From the NCBI GenBank assembly GCA_046303015.1, contig JBKCGY010000168.1, forward strand, positions 1-43,700: a stretch of DNA of 43,700 nucleotides, given 5' to 3'. The position numbers were made by a program, and so were the translations under genes. The DNA is from Bacteroidota bacterium (GTDB lineage Bacteria > Bacteroidota > Bacteroidia > Chitinophagales > Chitinophagaceae). Each line of letters begins with the position of its first letter. Position 1 is the stretch's first letter. Under the pieces are notes generated by a model. The model ran no database searches. It was not told the DNA's origin and was given only the letters and a program-made list of their open reading frames with translations. Below are positions 29,025 to 38,029 of the stretch, piece by piece.

Positions 29025-29384
29025 ATGATGAGAGACTTTCTTTTAGTTGGGCTAGGGGGTGCCATCGGCTCAATGTTGCGTTTTGGGATAAGCCTTTTAT
29101 TAAAGCCTTTTCATCTGATTCCGATAGCGACCCTTTCCGTCAACTGTATCGGTTCTTTCTTAATTGGCATATTAGCCGGCATATCGATCCGTGAGTCTCA
29201 GTCAGGATGGTATCTCTTGTTAGCAACCGGTATCTGTGGTGGGTTTACAACCTTTTCTGCATTCTCCCTGGAAGGAATGCAACTCCTGCAACAGCAAAAA
29301 ACAGGCATTTATCTTACCTATACAGGAGTAAGTGTGATCCTCGGCTTGATCTTCGCCTGGCTGGGATGGAAAATTATGCGGTAG
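29025..29384 (+). CDS. crcB: Fluoride channel Fluc/CrcB
   Basis: VGLGGAIGSMLR, TLSVNCIGSFLIG and TGICGGFTTFSAF; 4 TMs. Start among ATGs at 29019, 29025 and 29028. Confidence 0.95.
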   Translation: MMRDFLLVGLGGAIGSMLRFGISLLLKPFHLIPIATLSVNCIGSFLIGILAGISIRESQSGWYLLLATGICGGFTTFSAFSLEGMQLLQQQKTGIYLTYTGVSVILGLIFAWLGWKIMR

Positions 29385-29425
29385 TCCAAGGACTTTTGTT
29401 TTATCCTTTTTTACTTTTCTACCTT

Positions 29426-29433
29426 TAACTTTG
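29426..29433 (+). promoter_or_regulatory. -7 promoter element 5 nt before the parB ATG
   Basis: TAACTTTG-ttgca-ATG. Confidence 0.65.
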
Positions 29434-29438
29434 TTGCA

Positions 29439-30350
29439 ATGAGCAACAAACCCAAAAAAGACGCTTTAGGCCAGGGCATTCGTTCCTTGCTTAAAACGAT
29501 TGATGAAGATCTGAAAAGTACTGCCGGCAAATTACAAACCGGAGCATCCGAAACCGGTGCGTTAAGCCTTCGTATCCCGGTAGGCGATATTGAGGTAAAC
29601 CCCAAGCAACCCAGACGCGACTTTGATGAAGAAGCTTTACAGGAATTGGCTGCTTCGATCAAAATGCACGACATCATCCAGCCTATTACCGTATCCAGAC
29701 TTACTGGCAACAAATACAGACTGATTGCAGGTGAAAGAAGATGGAGGGCTTCCAAGCTGGCCGGCCTCAAAGATATCCCTGCCTATATTCGACAGGCGAA
29801 TGATACTGAATTGCTTGAGCTGGCATTGCTTGAAAATCTGCAAAGAGAGAATCTTAATCCTATTGAGGTTTCTCTCAGTTACAAGCGCCTGATGGATGAA
29901 TTAAACTACACCCAAGAACAAGTAGCAGAAAGAATGGGAAAGGAACGTTCTACCGTGACCAATTATATCCGACTGCTAAAATTACCTCCCGACATTCAAT
30001 CTGCCGTAAGAAACGGGGCGATCAGTATGGGACATGCCAGGGCCCTTATCAGCATTGATACAGTAGATAAACAACTTTTTGTTTTTAAATCAATCGGCGA
30101 AAAAGATCTTTCAGTAAGGCAAACCGAGGCATTGGTTCGTCAGCTTTATAAAGCAGCACCGGTTAAAAAGACCCCGAAAAATAATTTGGAAAATGTGTAC
30201 CGACAGATCTCTGATAAATTATCAGATCAGTTTAGTACCAAAGTACATCTTAAGCATGGGAAGAAAGGGAATGGCAGTATTACCATTGAATATTTCTCTA
30301 TAGATCAATTCAATCAGATACTCAAACAACTAGGAGTAAACGTAGAATAG
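29439..30350 (+). CDS. parB: Chromosome partitioning protein ParB/Spo0J
   Basis: N-terminal ALGQGIRSLL ParA-interacting peptide, NPKQPR, IAGERRWRA (CTP-binding motif), ENLQRENL and HTH TQEQVAERMGKERSTVTNYIRLL. Confidence 0.97.
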   Translation: MSNKPKKDALGQGIRSLLKTIDEDLKSTAGKLQTGASETGALSLRIPVGDIEVNPKQPRRDFDEEALQELAASIKMHDIIQPITVSRLTGNKYRLIAGERRWRASKLAGLKDIPAYIRQANDTELLELALLENLQRENLNPIEVSLSYKRLMDELNYTQEQVAERMGKERSTVTNYIRLLKLPPDIQSAVRNGAISMGHARALISIDTVDKQLFVFKSIGEKDLSVRQTEALVRQLYKAAPVKKTPKNNLENVYRQISDKLSDQFSTKVHLKHGKKGNGSITIEYFSIDQFNQILKQLGVNVE

Positions 30351-30375
30351 GTTATCGCATAAAGTATTTGTCATA

Positions 30376-30969
30376 ATGAGATATTTGATTTTATTGATCT
30401 TCCTTATTTGTGCCAGTCATACATGGAGCAGCCCTTTGGATAGTATTCCCAAAAGAAAAGGGGAAGATACTATTATCAAAAAACAGCATAGCCCACGCAA
30501 AGCTGCTACCTTATCAGCCATCTTACCCGGAGCCGGACAGGTTTATAATAAAAAATACTGGAAAGTCCCACTGGTATACGCAGCTCTGGGCACATGTGTA
30601 GGATTTATCATATACAATCGTTCCGAATATATTGATGCAAGAAATGCATATAAGAACAAGCTGGATAATGATCCAACTAACGATGATCAGATGCCTGAAA
30701 AATACAGACCTGTTGATCCGGAAGCCATCCGTACTTACAGAAACGGAGTCAGACAAAATTTGGATTATTCCATTCTTGCCTTTGTCCTTTGCTGGGGATT
30801 GAATATTGTAGATGCGGCTGTAGACGGGCATTTAAAATCCTTTGATGTAAGTGAAAATTTAAGCCTGAAGATCAACCCCTATATTCAGCCATCTACCCGA
30901 AGCGGAGGCATGCAACTGACTTTTGATTTCGGAAAAAGAAAAAAATATCATTCATCGATCACATATTAA
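30376..30969 (+). CDS. DUF5683-like exported/membrane protein
   Basis: Signal peptide, SPRKAATLSAILPGAGQVYNKKYWK and NIVDAAVDGHL; usual position between parB and dapB. Confidence 0.8.
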   Translation: MRYLILLIFLICASHTWSSPLDSIPKRKGEDTIIKKQHSPRKAATLSAILPGAGQVYNKKYWKVPLVYAALGTCVGFIIYNRSEYIDARNAYKNKLDNDPTNDDQMPEKYRPVDPEAIRTYRNGVRQNLDYSILAFVLCWGLNIVDAAVDGHLKSFDVSENLSLKINPYIQPSTRSGGMQLTFDFGKRKKYHSSITY

Positions 30970-30978
30970 TTTTTTTCA

Positions 30979-31695
30979 ATGAAAATCACATTGATAGGAT
31001 TTGGGAAAATGGGCAAAGCTATTCATGAGCAGGCCATTCAAAGAGGACACTCTATTCCGTTGATTATTGATCTGCAAAATAGAAATGAACTGACGGCAGA
31101 AAATATTAAAGACACAGATGTAGTTATTGAGTTTACCACTCCTGAAACAGCTTTTCAAAATGTGATCTTTTGTTTACAACAGGGCGTTCCTGTTATTTGC
31201 GGATCCACAGGATGGCTGCACAAGCTGGATACGGCTAAAGCTACTGCCATTGATCATCATACCGGACTGATCGTTGCCAGCAATTTCAGTGTGGGCGTGA
31301 ATTTATTTTTTGAGTTAAATAAAAGATTAGCCGAACTTATGCGTGGCCACACTGAATATCAGCCCTCCTTACTGGAGGTACACCACACACAAAAATTAGA
31401 TAGTCCGAGCGGAACTGCTATTTCATTGGCCGAACAAATCTTGGAAAGATCGCCTGAAAAAGAAAGATGGGTAAATCATATGTCAGAGAAAAAAGAAGAA
31501 TTGGTGATCCTCAGCGAAAGAAAAGATCCGGCACCCGGAACACACCATGTAAGATATCATTCAGCGATAGACGATATTGAGATCATTCATACCGCACATA
31601 ATCGTACCGGCTTTGCATTAGGGGCTGTATTAGCTGCGGAGTTTATTGTGGGAAAGAAAGGATTCTATACAATGAAGGAAGTACTTGGGATATGA
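30979..31695 (+). CDS. dapB: 4-hydroxy-tetrahydrodipicolinate reductase
   Basis: IGFGKMG, CGSTGW, SNFSVGVN, EVHHTQKLDSPSGTA and GFALGA. Confidence 0.97.
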   Translation: MKITLIGFGKMGKAIHEQAIQRGHSIPLIIDLQNRNELTAENIKDTDVVIEFTTPETAFQNVIFCLQQGVPVICGSTGWLHKLDTAKATAIDHHTGLIVASNFSVGVNLFFELNKRLAELMRGHTEYQPSLLEVHHTQKLDSPSGTAISLAEQILERSPEKERWVNHMSEKKEELVILSERKDPAPGTHHVRYHSAIDDIEIIHTAHNRTGFALGAVLAAEFIVGKKGFYTMKEVLGI

Positions 31696-31704
31696 TCAGT
31701 GATC

Positions 31705-32385
31705 TCATCTCAAATCAACCAACTCCACTCCCGGATATTTTTTCTGATCAAAAACAAACACATCATCTGTTACCGGAGCATTCCCGTTGAGCGCACTTAC
31801 GGTGTATATATAATGTACTCCGCTTTTCTCCATGATCTTTGTGCTGTAGATAGTCTTAGTCGCTTTATCGACAAGCAAATACACTTTAAAGAAGGATTTT
31901 GATTTATCGAAAGGGGTCAGTTCAACTTCATGTAATTGTTTACCTGATTCCGTTTTATCAGCATTTAAACGATACAGAAAATCCTTATCGTAAAAATTAG
32001 TAAAAAGTTTTTGAGGAGTGATCGTATTCTGTGCCGGATCAAATTTTGCTATGGTTACTTCATTAGCAGATGGATCATAGGTCCATATATTGACTCCATC
32101 ACAAAAAATATCCTGTCCACCCGAAAGCGTAATTCTGTACTTGGCACCTTTCATAAACAGGCTTCCTTTTTTGACACCCAATACTTTTCCTTTCGCATCT
32201 TCATTTTTAAACACAAAACTGGCTTTCACCGCCTTGTATTTTTTAAAATTGGCACTTACCTGATCCAATACTTTTTTAGCATTAGGATCACTCTGGCCCA
32301 TAGATTTATTTTGCGCAAAAAGAGGAATAGAAGTTGAAATACTAACAAGAGAAATGATACAGAAAGTCGTTAATTGTTTGAGCAT
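31705..32385 (-). CDS. lolA: Outer-membrane lipoprotein carrier LolA-like protein
   Basis: Signal peptide, GSLFMKGAKYRI, DGVNIWTYDPSANEVTI and C-terminal FVFD...ELVDLR; downstream of ftsK. Confidence 0.85.
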   Translation of the reverse strand: MLKQLTTFCIISLVSISTSIPLFAQNKSMGQSDPNAKKVLDQVSANFKKYKAVKASFVFKNEDAKGKVLGVKKGSLFMKGAKYRITLSGGQDIFCDGVNIWTYDPSANEVTIAKFDPAQNTITPQKLFTNFYDKDFLYRLNADKTESGKQLHEVELTPFDKSKSFFKVYLLVDKATKTIYSTKIMEKSGVHYIYTVSALNGNAPVTDDVFVFDQKKYPGVELVDLR

Positions 32386-32503
32386 ATTATACACTTTAAA
32401 AAAATCGCTTTACACCGATGATGGCAACACAAAGTTTACAGAAAAGCATTACATAACAATCAATTCAATTATTAAATAAATATTATTGGGAGGCGTTTAA
32501 CAA

Positions 32504-35041
32504 TTATTCAAAACCGGAAAGCAGCTGATCCAGTTCCGCTTCAGATTTCACTAATACATCGCGGGCTTTACTTCCCTGACTTTTTCCTACTACTCCCGCA
32601 GCTTCCAGTTGATCCATCAGCCTACCCGCACGGTTATAACCGAGCTTCATTCTGCGTTGTAACAAAGAAGTGGACCCTACCTGATTTTGTACAATCAGAC
32701 GGGCAGCATCTGCGAATAAGGGATCTTTACTATTGACGTCAAACTCTTTTGAGTCCATCTCTTTCTCATCCACATATTCAGGCAAGAGGAAAGCCTGAGG
32801 ATATCCTCGTTGATCAGAAATAAAAGAAACAATATCATCCACTTCAGGTGTGTCGACAAAAGCACATTGCAATCGGGTTAACTCCCCGTTATAACTGATC
32901 AGCATATCTCCTTTACCGATTAATTGCTCGGCACCTCCCGTATCCAATATCGTACGGCTATCCACTTTAGAAGACACTTTAAAGGCAATACGAGCCGGGA
33001 AGTTTGCCTTGATCGTTCCGGTAATAATATTCACAGAAGGTCTTTGCGTGGCAATGATCAGATGGATACCTACGGCACGAGCCAACTGTGCCAATCGGGC
33101 AATGGGTGTTTCAACTTCTTTCCCCGCCGTCATGATCAGATCCGCAAACTCATCAATTACCAATACAATAAATGGCAGGTACTGATGTCCGTTTTGGGGG
33201 TTCAGTTTACGGGCTACAAATTTTTCATTGTATTCTCTTAACTGACGACAACCAGCTTCTTTCAACAGGTCGTACCGATTATCCATTTCAATACACAAAG
33301 CATTTAGGGTATTGATCACCTTTTTGGTATCGGTGATGATGGCATCTTCTTCGCCGGGAAGTTTGGCGAGGAAATGATGTTCGATATGACGATACAAACT
33401 CAACTCTACTTTTTTAGGATCCACCAAAACAAATTTGAGTTGAGAGGGATGTTTCTTGTATAGCAATGAAACAAGAATCGCATTCAGTCCGACCGACTTA
33501 CCCTGACCCGTGGCACCGGCCATGAGTAAGTGAGGCATGGTAGCCAGATCGACAATGAAGTTTTCATTATCAATTCTTTTTCCAATGGCTATGGGTAATG
33601 CGTGTGTGCTCTTCTGAAATTTTTCGCTGGCGAGCAAAGTCTTCATACTCACCACTGTCTTCTTCACATTAGGAACTTCGATACCGATGGTTCCTTTGCC
33701 CGGAATCGGAGCGATGATCCGAATGCCGAGCGCAGCGAGGCTGAGGGCGATATCATCTTCGAGATTTTTAATTCGGGAAATACGCACGCCTGCTGCCGGA
33801 ACAATCTCATATAAAGTTACAGTAGGTCCAACCGTTGCAGAAATCTTTTGAATTTCGATATCGTAATTTCGAAGGGTATTGAGAATTTGATTTTTGTAGT
33901 TTTCCAGTTCGGTGGGATCCTGAACAATTTTTTCACTGCCATGGTTTTCCAACAGATCAAGCGTAGGAAATTTATAATCTTTCAGATCTAAAAAAGGGTC
34001 ATATAAGGTTCCCATCTTGCCTGTAGCTGCCGAAGATTCAGGTGCAGCCTTTGGCAACTCGTCCGGAACTGTTTTGATTTCAAGTGTGAGATCCTCTTCA
34101 CCGATGCTTACAGGGTTTGGCGTATGATTAATTTTTGCAATAGGTTGCAAGCCTGCGTCAATTAGAGGCTCTTCTTCTTCAACCAATACAGGCACTTCCT
34201 CCTCTGTTGAGGAAGGTTCATCTTCAGTCAAGGGCTCCGTTGTTTCTTTTTCGGTAAGGGTAAACTGATTCAAGACATCATTTTCGGATGAGGTTTGAGT
34301 GACTAATGGGGCTGGAGTGGCATTCTTTAATGTATTTCCATCTTCCTCTTTTTCTGCGTCATAAGATGAGGGCATCATTACTGCCAAACCGGCTGATGTT
34401 TCTGGTGTTTCAGTTACCGGTACTTGTTTTTTTTCAGGCCATTTAAAGACCGGATTGAATCGCCAGATTATATATGACATCAAAGCAATGATCAAAATGA
34501 TTGCAGTACCTGCTGTTCCGACAAAGGAATGCAGCCAGGCCTCTGCATAATTACCGATAGCACCACCCCAGGGGAAAGGATAAGAAGAAAGAAAAAAAGA
34601 GAAAAAAACAGGAAAAATCAATAATCCAGAGAGAACGTATTTAATATTTTTGGAAAGCGAGAATACAGGTCTGCCAAAAAGTAAATTGATGCCCACAACA
34701 AAAAAGAAAGTGCAGAACAAATAAGAAGCAACGCCAAAAGAAGCATAAAAGAAAAGATGAGCTGACCATGCGCCAAGTCGCCCCAGCAGATTGGCTACCT
34801 CCAGATTCATATCGAACAAAAAACGAGTAGCTCCTTTCAATACTTTATCCTGATCATCTTTCCATGTAAACAGATAAGAGGTGAAGGAAAGAAACAGGTA
34901 AATGGCGAAGAATAAGAGAATAAAACCGATTATTTTATGCGTACGTTCATCCCGCATCCAATGTTTGGCGACATTTTTTTCGGTTGGTTCCGGCTGGAAA
35001 TCCTCCTGCTCTTCGGAGGTCTGCTTTTTCTTTTTAGGCAT
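32504..35041 (-). CDS. ftsK: DNA translocase FtsK
   Basis: N-terminal 4-TM domain, acidic linker, PHLLMAGATGQGKS, IDEFADL, ATQRPS and gamma domain LQRRMKLGYNRAGR. Confidence 0.98.
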   Translation of the reverse strand: MPKKKKQTSEEQEDFQPEPTEKNVAKHWMRDERTHKIIGFILLFFAIYLFLSFTSYLFTWKDDQDKVLKGATRFLFDMNLEVANLLGRLGAWSAHLFFYASFGVASYLFCTFFFVVGINLLFGRPVFSLSKNIKYVLSGLLIFPVFFSFFLSSYPFPWGGAIGNYAEAWLHSFVGTAGTAIILIIALMSYIIWRFNPVFKWPEKKQVPVTETPETSAGLAVMMPSSYDAEKEEDGNTLKNATPAPLVTQTSSENDVLNQFTLTEKETTEPLTEDEPSSTEEEVPVLVEEEEPLIDAGLQPIAKINHTPNPVSIGEEDLTLEIKTVPDELPKAAPESSAATGKMGTLYDPFLDLKDYKFPTLDLLENHGSEKIVQDPTELENYKNQILNTLRNYDIEIQKISATVGPTVTLYEIVPAAGVRISRIKNLEDDIALSLAALGIRIIAPIPGKGTIGIEVPNVKKTVVSMKTLLASEKFQKSTHALPIAIGKRIDNENFIVDLATMPHLLMAGATGQGKSVGLNAILVSLLYKKHPSQLKFVLVDPKKVELSLYRHIEHHFLAKLPGEEDAIITDTKKVINTLNALCIEMDNRYDLLKEAGCRQLREYNEKFVARKLNPQNGHQYLPFIVLVIDEFADLIMTAGKEVETPIARLAQLARAVGIHLIIATQRPSVNIITGTIKANFPARIAFKVSSKVDSRTILDTGGAEQLIGKGDMLISYNGELTRLQCAFVDTPEVDDIVSFISDQRGYPQAFLLPEYVDEKEMDSKEFDVNSKDPLFADAARLIVQNQVGSTSLLQRRMKLGYNRAGRLMDQLEAAGVVGKSQGSKARDVLVKSEAELDQLLSGFE

Positions 35042-35046
35042 GTAAA

Positions 35047-35054
35047 CAAAGATA
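35047..35054 (-). promoter_or_regulatory. -7 promoter element 5 nt before the ftsK ATG
   Basis: Minus strand TATCTTTG-tttac-ATG. Confidence 0.65.
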
Positions 35055-35078
35055 ATAAAATTTATTTCGCTGATAGGT

Positions 35079-35471
35079 TCAGGAACGATGTTTGATCATT
35101 GCAATGGCCAGCATAACCCAGCCGATGATAAAGGATAAACCGCCCAGAGGAGTGATCATTCCCAACCACTTGAATGAAGAGTACCCTTTTGCCGTCAGGA
35201 TGCATAAACCATATAAAGATCCGCAAAACAAAATCAATCCTATCTTAAAAAAGAGGACCGACCATTGCAGTCTTTTGACATTTGCCAATGAAGAAAGCAT
35301 GCCAGATATTATCAATGCAAAAGCGTGATAAAAATGATAGGTAACTGCAGTTTGATAGGTCTGTTGATATTTTACATCTAGTAAACCCTGCAGTGCGTGG
35401 GCGCCGAAGGCGCCCGCAACAATAGCCAGAGCGAGCAGCAAAATACCCGTCACAATACTCTTACGACCCAT
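35079..35471 (-). CDS. DUF423 (YgdD/TMEM256) family membrane protein
   Basis: GAFGAHAL, YHFYHA, LFCGSLY and ITPLGG...GW; ATG at 35471 overlaps the end of aroK. Confidence 0.9.
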   Translation of the reverse strand: MGRKSIVTGILLLALAIVAGAFGAHALQGLLDVKYQQTYQTAVTYHFYHAFALIISGMLSSLANVKRLQWSVLFFKIGLILFCGSLYGLCILTAKGYSSFKWLGMITPLGGLSFIIGWVMLAIAMIKHRS

Positions 35472-35970
35472 GTCTTCTGAGAATTCTTTCAAAGTTGTCA
35501 TTCGTTAGAAAAATGGTTTCCAAATGATAAATAGACTGTGAGTAATAATAACTTCTCTCTTCAAGTTTGTTGGAAATGAACGATATCAATCCCTCTTGAG
35601 ACAGATCTTTAAGCAAGGGTCTTTTACCCTTTTCTCCTTTTATTCTTTCCGCAAGCAATTCAGGAGAACTTTTGAGATAAATAGTTACTCCCTTATGATT
35701 CATTTTCTTCATGTTATGAAAGAAGCAAGGTGTTCCTCCCCCACAACTCATGATATAATTATCTTGCTTTAAAAACGTATATAATATTTTTCTTTCCAGC
35801 TTTCTAAATCCATTCTCTCCTTCCTTTTCAAAAATTTCAGCAATTGTTTTGCCTGCTGCCTTTTCAATTTCATGATCTAACTCAATCAATGGCAAACCAA
35901 AATGCTCACTCCATCGTTTACCCCAGTAAGACTTCCCGGACCCCATAAAACCTATTAAAAAATATCGCAT
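35461..35970 (-). CDS. aroK: Shikimate kinase
   Basis: LIGFMGSGKS, GENGFRKLE, SCGGG and RPLL; ATG at 35970; TATTTTCG element at 35991-35998. Confidence 0.95.
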   Translation of the reverse strand: MRYFLIGFMGSGKSYWGKRWSEHFGLPLIELDHEIEKAAGKTIAEIFEKEGENGFRKLERKILYTFLKQDNYIMSCGGGTPCFFHNMKKMNHKGVTIYLKSSPELLAERIKGEKGKRPLLKDLSQEGLISFISNKLEERSYYYSQSIYHLETIFLTNDNFERILRRHGS

Positions 35971-36014
35971 TGTTTCCAAAGATTTCAAAGCGAAAATACT
36001 GAATGAGCGGACGT

Positions 36015-36044
36015 AAAAAAAATCCCGGCACTAAGGCCGGGATT
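36015..36044 (-). terminator. Intrinsic terminator after rpsA
   Basis: Stem aatcccggc / gccgggatt (36021-36044) with an A8 run at 36015-36022 that gives the U tract on the minus strand. Confidence 0.9.
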
Positions 36045-36066
36045 ATATGAATAAGCATGGTGTTAA

Positions 36067-37968
36067 TTATTCGCCTGCCTGATCTTTTGCCTCACCATCC
36101 ATTTTTTTCTTAAGATTGGCTAACACATCCAGATCACCTAAAGTTGTTTTTTCAACTTTATTTTGCAGATCTTTTACCGCTTTCTTGGTTCTAGCTGCAT
36201 CCGCTTTCTTCTCTTTCATCACGGCTTCTTTTTCTTCCACTGCAACTTGCTCCCAAATACGAGCATGACTAAGCACTACTCTTTTTTCATTACGATCAAA
36301 TTCAATGACCATAAATTGAGCAGTTTCTTCAGCCTGTACCTGCTTGCCATCTTCTTTATTCAGATGACGGTTAGGAGCAAACCCTTCAATTCCATAAGGC
36401 AATTGTACCAATGCACCTTTATCATCTTTGCGTACTACTACACCATCATGAATTGTGCCGATACCGAAGGTTTCCTCCAGTTGATTCCAGGGATCTTCTT
36501 CCAACTGTTTATGGCCAAGCTGAAGTTTTCTGTTGTCCTTGTCAATACTCAAAATAATGATATCAATATGCTGTCCCACTTTTGTGTATTCACTCGGATG
36601 ATTGAATCGCTTGGTCCAGCTCAGATCACTGATATGAATCATACCTCCAATTCCTGGCTCCAGCTCTACAAACACACCATAAGGCGTGATATTTTTTACC
36701 AGTCCTTTATGTTTGCTTTCTACAGGATATTTATCTTCAATGGAACTCCAGGGATCTTGTGAAAGCTGTTTGATAGACAAACTCATCTTACGTGCATCTT
36801 TATCTAGCGTGACGATTTTTGCCTCATGCTCATCGCCCATTTTGAAGAACTCCTTCGCATTTACAGGTGTATTTGCCCAGCTGATTTCACTTACGTGAAC
36901 AAGGCCTTCTATACCCGGAGTAATTTCCAGAAATGCACCATAATCTTCAATATTCACCACTTTCCCTTTGATTGTATTGCCTTCTGAAATAGTTTCAGGT
37001 AATTGATCCCAAGGATGAGGTGTCAATTGTTTTAAGCCAAGGCTGATGCGTTTTTTCTCATCATCAAAATCAAGTACCACCACATTGATCTTCTGATCCA
37101 GTTTCAGTACTTCACTAGGATGCGTAATGCGTCCCCAGCTGATATCAGTAATATAAAGCAGACCATCAACACCACCCAGATCCAGGAAGGCTCCGAAATC
37201 GGTAATGTTTTTAATAGTTCCTTCCAACACCTGACCTTTTTCGAGCTTGCTCATGATGGCCACGCGTTGTTGTTCAATATCGCTTTCAATAAGTGCTTTA
37301 TGACTTACGACTGCATTTTTAATCGTTTCATTGATCTTAACCACTTTAAACTCCATGGTCTTACCTACAAACTGATCATAGTCGGTAACCGGCTTCACAT
37401 CGATCTGAGACCCGGGCAGGAAGGTTTCCATTCCGAATACATCTACGATCAAACCACCTTTAGTTTTGCTGGTAACCAGACCTGTAACCACTTCACCTGT
37501 CTTGTGTACTTCCATGATACGCTCCCAAGCACGTGAAATACGAGCCAGTTTGCGACTCAGGTGAAGATGCCCTTGACGGTCTTCTTTTTCTACCACCAAT
37601 ACTTCTACGGTATCTCCGATTTTCAATCCGGGTGTATCACGGAATTCATTCAAAGAAACCAGTCCGTCACTCTTGAATCCGATGTTTACCACCACATCTG
37701 TTTTAGTAAGCGCCACCACCTGGCCATTTACCATTTCACCATCATTTACCTGCTTGAAGGTGCCATCGTACACGGCATCGTACTTGGCTTTTTCCTCCGC
37801 ACTGTAAAGAGATACGTTTCTTTTGTCCACGCTCCAATCAAAATCATCATGAGCAGTAGCGGGTACTTCAACAGGCAAATTTGTTGACGCTGTAGTTACA
37901 GCCACCTCTGGGGCAGCCGCAAGCTCCTGTTGCTCAGCGTTTGAGTTAACAATGTTATTTTCTGACAT
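36067..37968 (-). CDS. rpsA: 30S ribosomal protein S1
   Basis: Six S1 domains (FLPGSQID, FGAFLDLGGVDGLLYITDISW, YGAFLEI...GLVHVSEISW, YGVFVEL...IHISDLSW) and TTLGDL tail. Confidence 0.98.
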   Translation of the reverse strand: MSENNIVNSNAEQQELAAAPEVAVTTASTNLPVEVPATAHDDFDWSVDKRNVSLYSAEEKAKYDAVYDGTFKQVNDGEMVNGQVVALTKTDVVVNIGFKSDGLVSLNEFRDTPGLKIGDTVEVLVVEKEDRQGHLHLSRKLARISRAWERIMEVHKTGEVVTGLVTSKTKGGLIVDVFGMETFLPGSQIDVKPVTDYDQFVGKTMEFKVVKINETIKNAVVSHKALIESDIEQQRVAIMSKLEKGQVLEGTIKNITDFGAFLDLGGVDGLLYITDISWGRITHPSEVLKLDQKINVVVLDFDDEKKRISLGLKQLTPHPWDQLPETISEGNTIKGKVVNIEDYGAFLEITPGIEGLVHVSEISWANTPVNAKEFFKMGDEHEAKIVTLDKDARKMSLSIKQLSQDPWSSIEDKYPVESKHKGLVKNITPYGVFVELEPGIGGMIHISDLSWTKRFNHPSEYTKVGQHIDIIILSIDKDNRKLQLGHKQLEEDPWNQLEETFGIGTIHDGVVVRKDDKGALVQLPYGIEGFAPNRHLNKEDGKQVQAEETAQFMVIEFDRNEKRVVLSHARIWEQVAVEEKEAVMKEKKADAARTKKAVKDLQNKVEKTTLGDLDVLANLKKKMDGEAKDQAGE

Positions 37969-38000
37969 AAAAATTTCCCGATGGTTTTTTTTCGGGGGTG

Positions 38001-38008
38001 CGAAGATA
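38001..38008 (-). promoter_or_regulatory. Variant -7 promoter element (TAnnTTCG) for rpsA
   Basis: TATCTTCG on the minus strand, 32 nt upstream of the ATG. Confidence 0.55.
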
Positions 38009-38029
38009 CGAAAAACAGCAGAAAATCAG

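Noticed and set aside
37525-37540. CCAAGCACGTGAAATA as a parS site
   Set aside because: Only the right half resembles TGTTTCACGTGAAACA and it lies in rpsA coding sequence; I saw no full parS in the window by eye
36163-37887. Long antisense ORFs (up to 199 aa) over rpsA
   Set aside because: Expected from codon bias of a highly expressed gene; the translations are not protein-like
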